From: the human T2T-CHM13v2.0 reference genome, Homo sapiens
DNA: 64,000 nt
Assembly (NCBI RefSeq): GCF_009914755.1
Contig: NC_060939.1
Reading direction: 5' to 3' (one strand)
Shown: piece after piece, positions 26,575-41,325 of the stretch
How positions within the stretch are numbered: position 1 is the first letter of the stretch
Layout of the letters: each line of letters starts with the position of its first letter
Made by a program: the position numbers and the translations under genes
The notes under the pieces: generated by a model
The model's input: the letters and a program-made list of their open reading frames with translations, nothing else
Told to the model about the DNA's origin: nothing
Databases searched by the model: none

Positions 26575-26924
26575 TGTATTAGTCCGTTTTTCACACTGCT
26601 GTAAAGAAATACCTGAGACTGGGTAATTTGTAAAGAAAAGAGGTTTGATTGACTCACAGTTACGCATGGCTGGGGAGGCCTCAGGAAACTTACAATCATG
26701 GCAGAAGGCAAAGAGGAAGCAAGGCACATCTTACGTGGCAGCAGGAGAGAAGAGCAAAAAGGGAAAATGTCAAACACTTACAAAACCATCAGATCACATG
26801 AGACTCACTCACTATCTTGAGAACAGCATGGGGGCATTACCTCCCACCAAGTCCCTCCCTTGACACATGAGGATTACAATTCTAGATGAGATTTGGGTAG
26901 GGACACAGAGCCAAACTATATCAC
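26575..26924 (-). mobile_element. MaLR LTR (THE1/MSTA-like)
   Basis: tgtattagtccgtttttcacactgct...ggggaggcctcaggaaacttacaatcatggcagaaggc...agccaaactatatca. Confidence 0.9.
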
Positions 26925-27828
26925 AAAGTTAAGGCATGTTTTCCTTCACTTCATCATGAAAGAATAACCTAATATGAGATGACATCATTTGCAATTACCC
27001 TTGTTTTTTTTTTTTACATCTTTCCTCCTATCCACAGGGCCTACCTTTCCCTAACTATCAACTCATATCTATGATTTCCTTCAGCACCTTTTTCAAAGTT
27101 CACTTACTCCTGGAAGCCATCACGGACTACTCTCAGCTGATCAGATCACTCCTGCCCTCTACACTTATGGAAGCAGTTGCTTCCATATCATATTACACTA
27201 CTGAATATCGTAGAAAATATTTCGTTCTTAAAGCCTAGCTGAGCCATGAAAAGCAGTGACTGATATTAAATAGAACTTTTTGCAAGATCTATTGAGTTAA
27301 CCAGGGGTATGGTATTACCTCTACAATCCAAGCTATATGTACCACATCCTAATCTGAGTTAAAATGAACCTTGATATTTAGTTTACTTTTTGGCTTTGAC
27401 TACTTTTTACTTGTTTTAAAAATCAGGATAAAACAAAATTGAACAAAAAATAAAGAGATAAAGTGCATTCAATAAAGAGATTTTAATTAACACTGGGCAT
27501 AAAAATACATTTTACTGAATCTTAAGGGTTTTTTAACATTTGCTGTTTACAGTATCTTGTCTGATTTGAGAGGCTATCAAATCACAGATCAGTCATACAT
27601 TGATTCAGGATCAGTCTCTTTCTTTTTTCAGTATATTACATTACTGAGGGATAAACTGGATTTAGAGTTAATTTTAAAAGTTAAATTGGTATTACCTGAA
27701 AAATGAATCCATTTAAAATATTTCTGCATTGGGTGGGAGTCTGTCCTAAACACACTCCACAGCTCATCATTCCATGTAGGTGCGTCACCCTATCCCAGAA
27801 CACAAAGGAAACTTATTCTTGGAGTGTT

Positions 27829-27845
27829 ACTGCCATCTAGTGGAA
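27829..27845 (-). promoter_or_regulatory. Candidate CTCF binding site
   Basis: Minus strand TTCCACTAGATGGCAGT matches the CTCF core consensus CCAC(C/T)AG(A/G)(T/G)GGCAG; lies in unique DNA. Confidence 0.6.
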
Positions 27846-28221
27846 ATTTTACTAAATGTGAATAAATTCTCAAGGCTAATTAGGCCCCCTACTCTCTTCA
27901 CCGCCACTCTCACCATGCCTTTTTTTCTTTTTCCTTCCTTTCTTTCTTTCTTTCTTACTATCACAGGTGCACTCAGGTACACCAAGAAGAGAAAATGCTT
28001 GCTCAGTCATTGGGAACTTTTTTGAAAATTGGTGCTTTGTGCCCAGCAAGACAATATTTCTATTTGGCCAAAGCTGCTTTGTCAGAAGATATATGAATAT
28101 GTCCTAATTTTTGCAAAAAAAGAAATGCAGAAAGGATTAACCAGAAACTAATGGGATTGATTACCTAAAGCAAAAGGATGAAAATGAATGAGAAAGATGG
28201 AAAAAGATAGAACTCTTCTGA

Positions 28222-28566
<345 letters not shown>

Positions 28567-28888
28567 TACATTTTCAAATATAAAATTTAGTCACCAGGCT
28601 GGGAGGACTGTTAAGTTGAACAGAAACAGAAACAAATCAACCTAAGCATGTATCATATAAAAAATGTAATTATTCAGAACAAGAAAAATAATTATTCCAA
28701 GTAACTTGTGAATGTGAAATTCTAACTGGCCACCCTCAGGGAATATTCTAAGGATAATAATTAAGAAAGCCTTGAACTTTACCTGGTAAGGTAAGTTTGT
28801 CTTTGGTAGTGGTATTGATGTAGTAATTCTGAAACTACTTTGTGTGTGTTTTAGAATTTCAAATAGATAAACATATTGATCTTGCTAG

Positions 28889-29242
28889 TGTTGCAGGACT
28901 TTTCCTTAGTTCAGCTAAAGACAGGGTCCTTTTCCGTCCCATGGTCACCAACATTTAGGCTCATAGATGGTTTGAAGCGTGAGTAAAGCAGGGTTGTATT
29001 GGGTAAAAGGGAAAAAAGGGGAAACAGGGATCCTCCTAAGGCCAGAGTCCCTGCTAGAGAACTTCCCACCCACAAGTTCCACACAGGAAGAGGAGGAGCC
29101 TTGAATCCCAGGTTCCACACAGGAAGAGGAACCCTTCTGCAAATGTTGTGAACTTCTGTGTCTCCACCCCAGTGTGCACTCTTCCCAGTGCACAAGCCAG
29201 TTGGAGTTTTTCCAGGGATCCTCTTCCCACTTGGCTGTCTCA
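28889..29242 (-). mobile_element. Solo ERV1 LTR, MER61-like
   Basis: tgttgcaggacttttccttagttcagctaaagac...ttggctgtctca; near-TSD ctag/ctgg; internal repeat of gttccacacaggaagagga. Confidence 0.8.
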
Positions 29243-29389
29243 CTGGGAACCAGTTTTCCCATTATGGGAGGGTTGTTTTTTGTTTTTTAAAAGAGATATG
29301 GAGTAAAGGAAGAAGACGCAAACTCTTTGGTGTTGGCTTACGAAGTTAGAGGTATCAGTACAAATTCGAGGTCTTTAAAACTATGTATT

Positions 29390-29725
<336 letters not shown>

Positions 29726-30626
29726 CTAGAAGCAAGAACCCTCCTGCAGAAGGAGTATACCTGCACCCTGGCTTCCATGTCTAAACACCATAGTCAAAAG
29801 ACAAAAGCAGGATCCCACGGAGAAATGGTTGATTCCAGGGCTGGGTCAAGGGAAGCACAAGGTGATCCTGGAACATCTTTTGTTTCAGAACATCAGAACA
29901 TGCTCAAAAGCTGATCGGGACCTGCCAAAAGACACAGGAGCCAACCAAGATCAATGACACAAAAGAATATATAACATTGAATTTTTTGAAAATTGCTGAG
30001 TCTATAACCAACCTTTAAAGGAGGAAAAAAAGAAAAAGAAAAGATGCCAATGAATGCATGTGGAAGGAATGATAGAAACAGAAAATCACCCTCTCAGAAC
30101 CACCATAGAAATAATAGATTCAGGCAAGGATCATCAAAGAGTGCCAAAATCATTCAGTGGGAAATTGGGGCGTAAAAGAATATTTATACAATCTAAAAGT
30201 ATAACTCCATGCAATACATATTAATTACAAAGAAGAACTATATCTTTCCAATGCATCTAGCAGTTAGCATTTCTACTAAGTGATCAAACTTAATACGAGC
30301 AATAATGGGACAATCAGGCAGCAGATGCCTCCTGGTCTGACACACTGAGAAGGACAGAACACCACTTCTTTAGTGTTCCTGCCAAACTGCAAAACCTGAA
30401 TCTAATCATGAGGAAACATCACATAAACCCAAGTTAAAGAACATTCAACAAAATACTGGCCTGGACTCCAAAAATGTTAATGTCAATTAAAGACCAAGGA
30501 AAAGCTGGGGAACTGCTCTTGATTAAAGGAAACATAAAAGACATAAATAATTATATTTAATATTAAATGCAATCTGTAATCTAGATTGGCTTTTGGATGG
30601 TTTACAAAAAAAAAGCTATAAGACAT

Positions 30627-30982
30627 TGCAATGGGTTGAATGTGTCCCCTCCAAAATGTAGGTGTTGCCAATATGACAGTATTAAGAGGTGGGGCCTTTA
30701 AAAGGGGATTAGGCCATGAGAGCTCCTCCCTCATGAATGGGATTAAGGCCCTTACAAAAGAGGCTTCATGCAGTATGCATTCCTTGCCATTCCACCTTCT
30801 GCCACGTGAGGACACAGCATTCCTTTTCTTGGAGGCTACAGCCTTCACCAGATAACCAAACCTGCTAATGCAAAGGATCTTGGACTTTCTAGCCTCCAAA
30901 ACTATGAAAAAATAAATTTCTGTTCTTTATAAATTACCCAGTCTAAGGTACTCTGTAATAGCAGCACAAAACAGGCTAACAC
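30627..30982 (+). mobile_element. MaLR LTR (MSTD/MLT1A-like)
   Basis: tgcaatgggttgaatgtgtcccctccaaaa...aataaatttctgttctttataaattacccagtc...ctaacaca; 5-bp TSD gacat/gatat. Confidence 0.85.
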
Positions 30983-31904
30983 AGATATTATTGAAGTAAT
31001 TCGAAAACTGAATAAGAATTCATATTAGATAATAATATTAAATGTAATATTAGATAATAAAATTGTATCGACTTCAAGTTTCCCAAGTGTTATAATTCTG
31101 TTGTAGTTAGATTACAAAATTCTCTTGTTTTAAGTGATACGTACTGAAAGTATTTAGGAATAAAATGTTATATTGTCTACAACTATCTCTCAAATGGTTC
31201 AACATCATTTCATCCATAAGTACTTAGTATGTATCTCAAAAAGATAAGTATCCCTTTTAAAAATAACAATACATCATGCTATTTTTAAAGCTTCCCAGGT
31301 GATTCTCTTGTTCATCTATGAATCAATACTACAGAGATGATAAGCAGAACTAATCTCAGGGGTTAAATGTGAATGTGGTGGTGGCAGTTGAGAATATTGT
31401 GTTAAGAACAATTCTGACACATGATTAGGCTCAGCCTAAGATAATGCCATGATTGATTGGCTAGGTCTGCCGTAGTGCCCAGTATGTCCCTGTATATTAT
31501 CTGAGTCATGTCATAAGCATAAAACACAGAAGACAAGAGAGAGTAAGCTATAGGCCAGAAGTTAGAAAGGAGATCCTAGTATCACTGGTAGAGTCTGATC
31601 TGGTGATAGACTGCTGACCTCTCTTCCTCTTCAAATCAGTCAGACCTGTTTTCCTGGTTAAACAGTTTATAAGGAAACAAAAGGCAAGCATGGGAGGGGA
31701 TAATATGTGTATGTGCACTAAGCCTTGAAGCAGATCTCTTTGATCATCACAGAGTCCACTGAGGTGGTAGGAAACAACGGCAGAGAGGAGCTCTTTAGAG
31801 AAATAACCACAATAATAATAATGATAATGATGATAATATGCTCAAAAGAGAAGTGAATCTAATGAAAAACTACTTCATTAGAATGAAATTCTAATAGAGG
31901 CATT

Positions 31905-32705
<801 letters not shown>

Positions 32706-33804
32706 TCAATCAACCTATAGTTGGATTTTGATGTCCCTCAGTACCAGGATGGATTTGTCCCAGGTTGCTCATCTACACCCACATTTGGAAGGAATGATTG
32801 GTGACTACGAGTCATACTGAAACTCTTCTGGCCACATTTGAGCAACAAAGGGAGTTTGAAGCGAAGCTCTCAGGCTAGCCTACCTGGAGTCCATTATTAA
32901 GTTTAATTTTGTCTGTTTCGTAGGGGTTTGCTATCATCCCCAAGTTCTAGGCCAGCATTATTCTGTTCAGAGTTGTACCTCTGCAAGAATTTAACAAATA
33001 ACAAATACAAAGTTTAAAATAAGAAAATACAACACAAAATTAATAGTAATATGACAATTCTAATTTGCATAATGGTTTTGAGACATGAACCTGGGCTAAG
33101 GCTAAAGACAACCAATTGAATAAATCAAATGACCATTATCCTGTAAAGTGAAAATGGTTGGCATTAACAGGGGTAAGAGTCTCATTATGATATGGATTCC
33201 TGTCCTAACATCTTGGGAAAAGCTGTCTAGAGCATGAAAACATCTCATCCTGGTTTGCAGATTAAATCTGTCTGTGGCATCAGGTGGTTTTGTAAATTGT
33301 TGTGTGACTCATTATCAGGCACAACTTCCTTAAAATTTATCTAGTTTCAGCTTATAGGGCTTCAGGAATGGAGCATTTTCAATTTTTAGCAATTCCATGA
33401 AAGAAAGTTGGATTGGAAGGCTCTAGAATTCAGGATTTAGTCTAGTCTGTAGGTAGATCACAGGAACTCAAAAACAATGCACAGAGTTACAATGTAATAA
33501 CAGGTGTATTATAGCTTTTCTTTAGAAACATAACTTTTTCTATACATATTAATCACATAGGAAGCTCAGATTTTAAAATTTCTTTAGGCTAGGAAGCCAA
33601 ACCAAGGCAGATTTAGATTTTACCTATAGTCTTAAGGTTCCTGGGCCTGCCAGAGAGTAACAACTTTTTGTCTATTCATTTAAGTCTGGGAACACTTGAA
33701 GCCAGTCATTCTATGCACACTGTCAAATATGATATTTTGGTCAAAGCCTTGGTAATATAACTAATGTTTCTGATTGTATTCTGCTATTTAAAAAGAAAGA
33801 CCTC

Positions 33805-34012
33805 TGACATGGTCAACATGGCGAAACTCCATCTCTACGAAAAATTTTAAAAGTAGCTAGATGTAGTGGCACATGCCTGTAGTCCCAGCTTCTCTAGGGC
33901 TGAGGTGGGATGATCACTTAAGCCCAGGATGTGGAGGCAGCACTGAGCTGAGATTGTCTCCAGCCTAAGAGACAGAGTGAGAACCTGTCTCAAAAAAAAA
34001 AAAAAAAAAAAA
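33805..34012 (+). mobile_element. Partial old Alu (AluJ-like)
   Basis: caacatggcgaaactccatctctac...gacagagtgagaacctgtctc plus poly(A). Confidence 0.85.
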
Positions 34013-35516
34013 GAGAGAGGTAAGATTTTTACTGGACTTATGCAAATAACTATATTGCCATAAGAAAACTTATGAACAGTTTCCAAATTTTTGAGGAATA
34101 GTAAGAATAAAGAGTAAATGCTTCCAGCTTTATTCACAAAAGCATACTTTACCAAAATGTTGTAAACTATAGACAGCTTAAGAGAGAAAGTTTTCTTAAG
34201 TCTGGAAAACAAAACACTTGAAGAACAATTAATGTTAGATAAAAGTCATAAAAGCATTATCTTTATCATTTATATAATATCATGTAATTAATTTTCGTTT
34301 TGCCTTATCTATTGATTAGCAGTTTCATAAACCCATGTTTCTTCATTAGAATTTTGAAAAAAAATTATATTTAGTTCATTAAAGTTATTAGAAACCTGTA
34401 TTTAAGAGTACTTTTTAGACTCTTTTCCATAAATCTGATTGGAAATGCTTTTAGAGAAGGACTTAAAACAGTAACTATGGAACTAAGGACCTAAAACAGT
34501 AACTATGGATGACAAAAACTTAGAATACCTGTGTTAAAAATCTGATGGAAGTGGATTACAATCAGCAATTGGCAAGAAAATTTAGTTATTTTTATGGCAG
34601 ACAACATAATAGTGACTGATTTCATATTAGATTTCTAAGAGTTTTATACAATTTAGAAATATTCATATCAATAACATGCCCATAAATGTAATTGAAAGGA
34701 GATCTAGTATCACTTATTGTTTGACAATATTTTCCATTTAATTTGACAATTAAGCCTAATTATTTAATATCTCTACAAGATGAGAGATACAGTCCTTGAG
34801 GCTCTCCCAGGGCCTATCTAGAAAATCTCAAATTAATTCTAAATCAAAAAGATTTAATTTACAATTTTAATCCTGCGAAAGTCTGTCAAAGACATCAAAA
34901 AGTTCAAAACATTTGATCTAACATACAGGACCAAAGAGAATCACAGGTCACTGTGAAATAATGTTCATTTAACCAGAGCGATAATCAAAAGATTTCAAAC
35001 GCAACACAGAAAGTTACATGGATTTTTAAAACCTTAACCCTTTCAAAGCTCAGTTTTCCCAAGTAATCAAAAACCTGGTGAAGACAACATTGAAATTTAT
35101 CTTGATAAAATGTAATATTTTGTGGAGGTTTTTAGGCCAGTTACCAAAAAGGTAAAGAAAAACTTCCTGCATTGTGATTGCTTCTTCTTCTGGGAAGCCT
35201 GTTTAGATAACTGCAAGTCAAAACTGATGAAAAGGACATTGCATTTAATTACACACAGAAAGAATGTGTCCAAAGTTATCAAGGAACACCATATTATAAA
35301 GGAATGTAAATAAGAAAATGGTATATTGAGCAGAGGACTGCATGGCTCTTGGAAAAAGTAAGAGCATGTGAAATGTCCTGGTTACATGGAACAATTCAAA
35401 CATATCAAGAAAAGCCAAGAGTATGGAATCAAATTATCCTAAAGGAAAACATTGTTTTTCTAAGCCTACAAACAGAACATTTCAATGACAAATCATAACA
35501 GCAGAATTAGAACTGA

Positions 35517-35899
<383 letters not shown>

Positions 35900-36867
35900 T
35901 TAAGGGGAGAAAGAGCTGAAGGCAATGATGCACGACCTACAAATCACGTGCAACAAGATAAAGCAAAAATTGAACTTCTGAGATATGAATCTGAGAAGCT
36001 TTAAGAGAAAAACCCTTAAAGAAATGAAATTATCATTCTGATTGAAAAAGACAGCATTTCCAAACTAAAATTAAGGAAATGAGTTATGTGGCAGAAATAG
36101 AAACTGTCTGCAGTTTAGAAGATGGCTGTTGAACAGAGTTTAGAATTAAAAATCAAAGCCTCTTCTAATTTTTACTAAGAGAAGATCGATACTTTAAAAA
36201 ACCTTGTTGTTCTAAAATAGAGGACCAAATTTTTAGTTTTATATTAGTGTATTTTTAATATCCAAGCTCAATCTTTAGAAAGACATAAATAATTCCCTTC
36301 TAATCATAGCCAACTTGATCACATGCAAAATTTCTTTCATAAACACATCCTTCATAAACATTATCACAACTTATTCAGTCCTTTAACAACATGCTGAAAC
36401 TTTCTGCTTTGTCCTATACTTTCTCTTTCATGAATAACTAATCATTTTACTTAAGGACAAAAATTTATCACACAGGATTCTTTTTATATAAAATTATTAT
36501 CTTTTCTTTTTAACATATCTAACCAAAAATACATCTTAATAACCCATGACTTTTTTTACATCTCTCTATCCTATTCACTAGTTCTGTTCTATCTTGTTTT
36601 TATTTCCTTTCTAAATCCATATATTGAAACAAATTAGACAAAATTATTCTTTTTCCTCAATTAAAAAACACATTTTATGTCTTTCTTACAGTTTTTCTCA
36701 CCAAAAACATATTTTTGGTACACTTATACAATTCTATATATACTAATCAGCAATTTAACTAGGAGTAACCTTTTTACCAAGCAATTATCAACTGTATGTT
36801 ATATATCAATATTTCATAGATGAGAACAATTTTATAATTTTTAGAAACCTGTTTTTCTATTACATAA

Positions 36868-37222
<355 letters not shown>

Positions 37223-38322
37223 TAACATAACTTTAAGATTTTGAATTACATGAAAGCTCACTTATATTTATCTTGTTTACATTACCTACTTTTAACCATT
37301 ATGCATAGATTACTTATGAAAACTGAGATATTTAACAAAGCTAGTTATTTTTCTTGTTAACTACTTTTATAGCCTGTGAATATCAGGTGTCCACCTAAGT
37401 AAGAACCTTGAAGTTAAATATATATTCATTTTGTCAATAACTCAGAAGCTGTTTCTCAAATAGTTATTTCTATTAAATCAATAATATTGAATTAGCCTTA
37501 TTTATCAAAGAATTGCACAAACAAAGATCACTGTTTTAGGCTTATAGTGTATAGTTGTATATGTTTATATGTTTATAAAGATTCTAAAACTATAAAGTTA
37601 TATGTTTATAGCTTATATGTTTATAGTTTTATAACCTTTGTGTCAAACTGTGACACCTTAAAACAACTAATGAAGAAAAAAGATAAAACTGTCTGACCAA
37701 TAAACCCAGGAAAAATGTGTGTTTACAATCTTGAAGTCATTTTTATTTTTATTTTAACAATTTTTAAACCAACTTATTTACTAAAGATTTACTTAAGTCA
37801 CATGAACTAAAAGGTATTTGGGTTAATTAGTATATATTTTACATAAACACTCATTTATCTAAGCCAATTTAAATAGAATTTCTTAAGGGGGTTCTACATA
37901 ACTATGTCACGTTTTACCATGTAGACACAACATACAACGTAATGTATGTACATATGCATAAATATACTTAAACATGTATACACACACAAAGATCTTATAA
38001 CTTTCATTTTAGAACTTTAGTCATGAGATAGCAATACAAATTTACCAGTTAATAAAAAGAATAGGTAGATCCAAATTATATTTCTGACAAAATGAGAGCT
38101 GTTCACATGGCTAAATTTTATTTGCCCCAATAGGTCATCTAATGAAGGCTGTGAACTACAATTTTGGATAAAGAAGTTTGGTTTTAAAAGATGTTTTTTT
38201 CAGTTTCAAATGAGTTTAGGGCTAAACTTTCAATGTTTATATTTTAGCTAGGACTGGCTGACTGGTATAAAAAAAAAACAAAATCTCCTAATAGCCCTGA
38301 ATTCTTGGTAATAAATAAATAA

Positions 38323-38327
<5 letters not shown>

Positions 38328-38372
<45 letters not shown>
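38328..38372 (+). repeat. (TA)n microsatellite
   Basis: About 22 uninterrupted AT units. Confidence 0.95.
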
Positions 38373-38377
<5 letters not shown>

Positions 38378-39678
38378 TGCTGGTTTGATTTAACTAGTCA
38401 ATGCAGATGGCAAAGCATTTTAGATGTTTTTGTTTTGTTTTGTTGCTTTTCCTTTTGGCCCCTGTGTACCAAACAAAGCAATTTTTATGACAGACAGAGA
38501 TACTTGATATAATTGCTCTGAGAGCCTAACTTTTATACACATTTATCTAGGCTTCTTTTCCTTTAAAACTTCAATCCTTCAATTAAATGTTTCATCACCT
38601 TAAGCAATTGTTAGACAGGCAAACCTAAATTTACATTTCCAAAAGCTCTTTAGGCAGTTGGGTACATAATGCTGCTGTAATTTGTAAAACCATTAATTTC
38701 AAAGCCATTTAATACTCACCCCCTCTCTTTTTTTGGCTGGAATATCATAAGCAGTGAGTTTTATTTCAACACCAGAAGAAAGGTCAGCAGATTCAAGGTA
38801 GGCAAAAAAGAGAGACAGAGATAAACAAAAAACTTAGTAGGCTCTACGTGTTAACTACAGTTGTAGATTTTTTAGGTTCAAATAATGATAAACTGAGCTC
38901 TACATTTTCCTTGATGCAATTTGCACATCAGTTTTTAAATGTGCATGAGAATGGATAATAATATAGCTGGCCAGTGTCTCAGAAAACCTTGGCATGACTT
39001 AATGTTTGAGATTGCCATTCCACTTCTTAGTAATCTCTCAAGAGCAAAGACTATCTTATAAATCCTGTCAGAGAATATCAGGAGCTTGGACTGGTATTTT
39101 AGATTGTGGTGATAGTCTTAGCGGCTTTTAATTAGCCATCTTGTATCTACCATTTAGTGTGTTTATTTTTGCTCTTGAAAGATTTTTAGAAACAAGCAAG
39201 GGAAAGAGCCAAATCACTTAAATATCCAGACCAAAATAAAACCAAGATTAATGTTCAGAAAAATTTTAACTCAATTGTACAGATCAAACGTAATATTAAA
39301 TTAGGCACAGAGAAAGAACCACAAGTAAATTTACCAGAAAAGACATACCCACAGATAGAATATAAGTTCTGTAAAAACCAGAGTACTCAAACCAAAGGGA
39401 TAAAGAATTTGCCAGAAAAGATAGAAAGTTTTTTTTACCATCCCAAGAGGAATATATAAGGTCCTTTATATAAAGTGGCCTCATAACCAAACCAAATCCC
39501 AAATAAAGTCAAAAGCTTCTATCAAAAAGAGAGAGACTCAGCCTGAGAGAAGACTCACCAGTGCAGAAAAGATGAGCCATGGAAGTGGAGAGCTCAAAGA
39601 GCTCAATGAAGTATTGTACACCAGATCTAAGAATCATCCATTCTTTACAACAGTGATCCTGCTTCAGATCCCACTTCT

Positions 39679-39775
39679 TTCTTTTTTATTTCAATAGCTT
39701 TTACGGTACAAATAGTTTTTGGTTACATGGATGAATTGTACAGTGATTAACTGAGATTTTAGTGCACCCATCACC
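39679..39775 (-). mobile_element. About 100-bp L1PB4-like 3' terminus
   Basis: Reverse complement gggtgcactaaaatctc...ttcatccatgtaaccaaaaac...aaaagctattgaaataaaaaa is homologous to the L1 end at 22330-22430. Confidence 0.8.
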
Positions 39776-39954
39776 TCCAGGTTTGTTGTTGTTTGTTTGT
39801 TTGTTTTTGCTCAGGATAGCTTTTGTGGTTCCATATAAATTTTAGGATTTTTTTTTCTATACCTGTGAAGAATATCATTGGTATTTTGATAGAGATTGCA
39901 CTGAATCTGTAGATTGCTTTGGGTAGTATGGACACTTTAACATATTTATTCTTC

Positions 39955-41325
39955 TTCTTCCTCTCCCTCTCCCCACGGTCTCCCTCTCCCTCTCTCTCCA
40001 CGGTCTCCCTCTGATGCCAAGCCAAAGCTGGACTGTGCTGCTGCCATCTCGGCTCACTGCAACCTCCCTGCCTGATTCTCCTGCCTCAGCCTGCCCAGTG
40101 CCTGCGATTGCAGGCGCGTGCCGCCACGCCTGACTGGTTTTCGTATTTTTTTGGTGGAGACGGGGTTTCGCTGTGTTGGCCGGGCTGGTCTCCAGCTCCT
40201 AACCGCAAGTGATCCGCCAGCCTCGGCCTCCTGAGGTGCCGGGATTGCAGACGGAGTCTCGTTCACTCAGTGCTCAGTGGTGCCCAGGCTGGAGTGCAGT
40301 GGCGTGATCTTGGCTCGCTACAACCTCCACCTCCCAGCCGTCTGCCTTGGCCTCCCAAAGTGCCGAGATTGCAGCCTCTGCCCAGCCGCCACCCTGTCTG
40401 GGAAGTGAGGAGCGTCTCTGCCTGGCCGCCCATCGTCTGGGATGTGAGGAGCCCCTCTGCCCAGCTGCCCAGTCTGGGAAGTGAGGAGCGCCTCTTCCCG
40501 GCCGCCATCCCATCTAGGAAGTGAGGAGCGTCTCTGCCCGGCAGCCACCCCGTCTGGGAAGTGAGGAGCGTCTCCGCCCGGCAGCCACCCCATCCGGGAG
40601 GGAGGTGGGGGTCAGCCCCCGCCCGGCCAGCTGCCCCGTCCGGGAGGGAGGTGGGGGGTCAGACCCCGCCCGGCCAGCCGCCCCGTCCGGGAGGGAGGTG
40701 GGGGGGCGCCTCCGCCCGGCCAGCCGCCCAGTCCGGGAGATGGGGGGCGCCTCTGCCTGGCCGCCCCTTCTGGGAAGTGAGGAGCCCCTCTGCCCGGCCA
40801 CCACCCCGTCTGGGAGGTATACCCAACAGCTCATTGAGAATGGGCCATGATGACAATGGCGGTTTTGTGGAATAGAAAAGGGGGAAAGGTGGGGAAAAGA
40901 TTGAGAAATCGGATGGTTGCTGTGTCTGGGTAGAAAGAAGTAGACATGGGAGACTTTTCATTTTGTTCTGTACTAAGAAAAATTCTTCTGCCTTGGGACC
41001 CTGTTGATCTATGACCTTACCCCCAACCCTGTGCTCTCTGAAACATGTGCTGTGCCCACTCAGGGTTAAATGGATTAAGGGCGGTGCAAGATGTGCTTTG
41101 TTAAACAGATGCTTGAAGGCAGCATGCTCCTTAAGAGTCATCACCACTCCCTAATCTCAAGTACCCAAGGACACAAACACTGCGGAAGGCCGCAGGGTCC
41201 TCTGCCTAGGAAAACCAGAGACCTCTGTTCACTTGTTTATCTGCTGACCTTCCCTCCACTGTTGTCCTATGACCCTGCCAAATCCCCCTCTGCGAGAAAC
41301 ACCCAAGAATGATCAATAAAAAAAA
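39955..41325 (+). mobile_element. Full-length SVA, SVA_D-like
   Basis: Short CCCTCT hexamer, antisense Alu-like domain, GC-rich VNTR (about 40370-40820), SINE-R, aataaa plus poly(A); 16-bp TSD aacatatttattcttc at 39939-39954 and 41326-41341. Confidence 0.97.

Noticed and set aside
28889-29242. p53 response element in the MER61-like LTR
   Set aside because: No paired RRRCWWGYYY decamers are visible in this copy.
39668-39678. tRNA gene fragment
   Set aside because: Only 11 nt match a tRNA 3' end; context shows a retroviral PBS, not a tRNA gene.
40370-40820. CRISPR-like repeat array
   Set aside because: Eukaryotic SVA VNTR with tandem units, no unique spacers and no cas genes.
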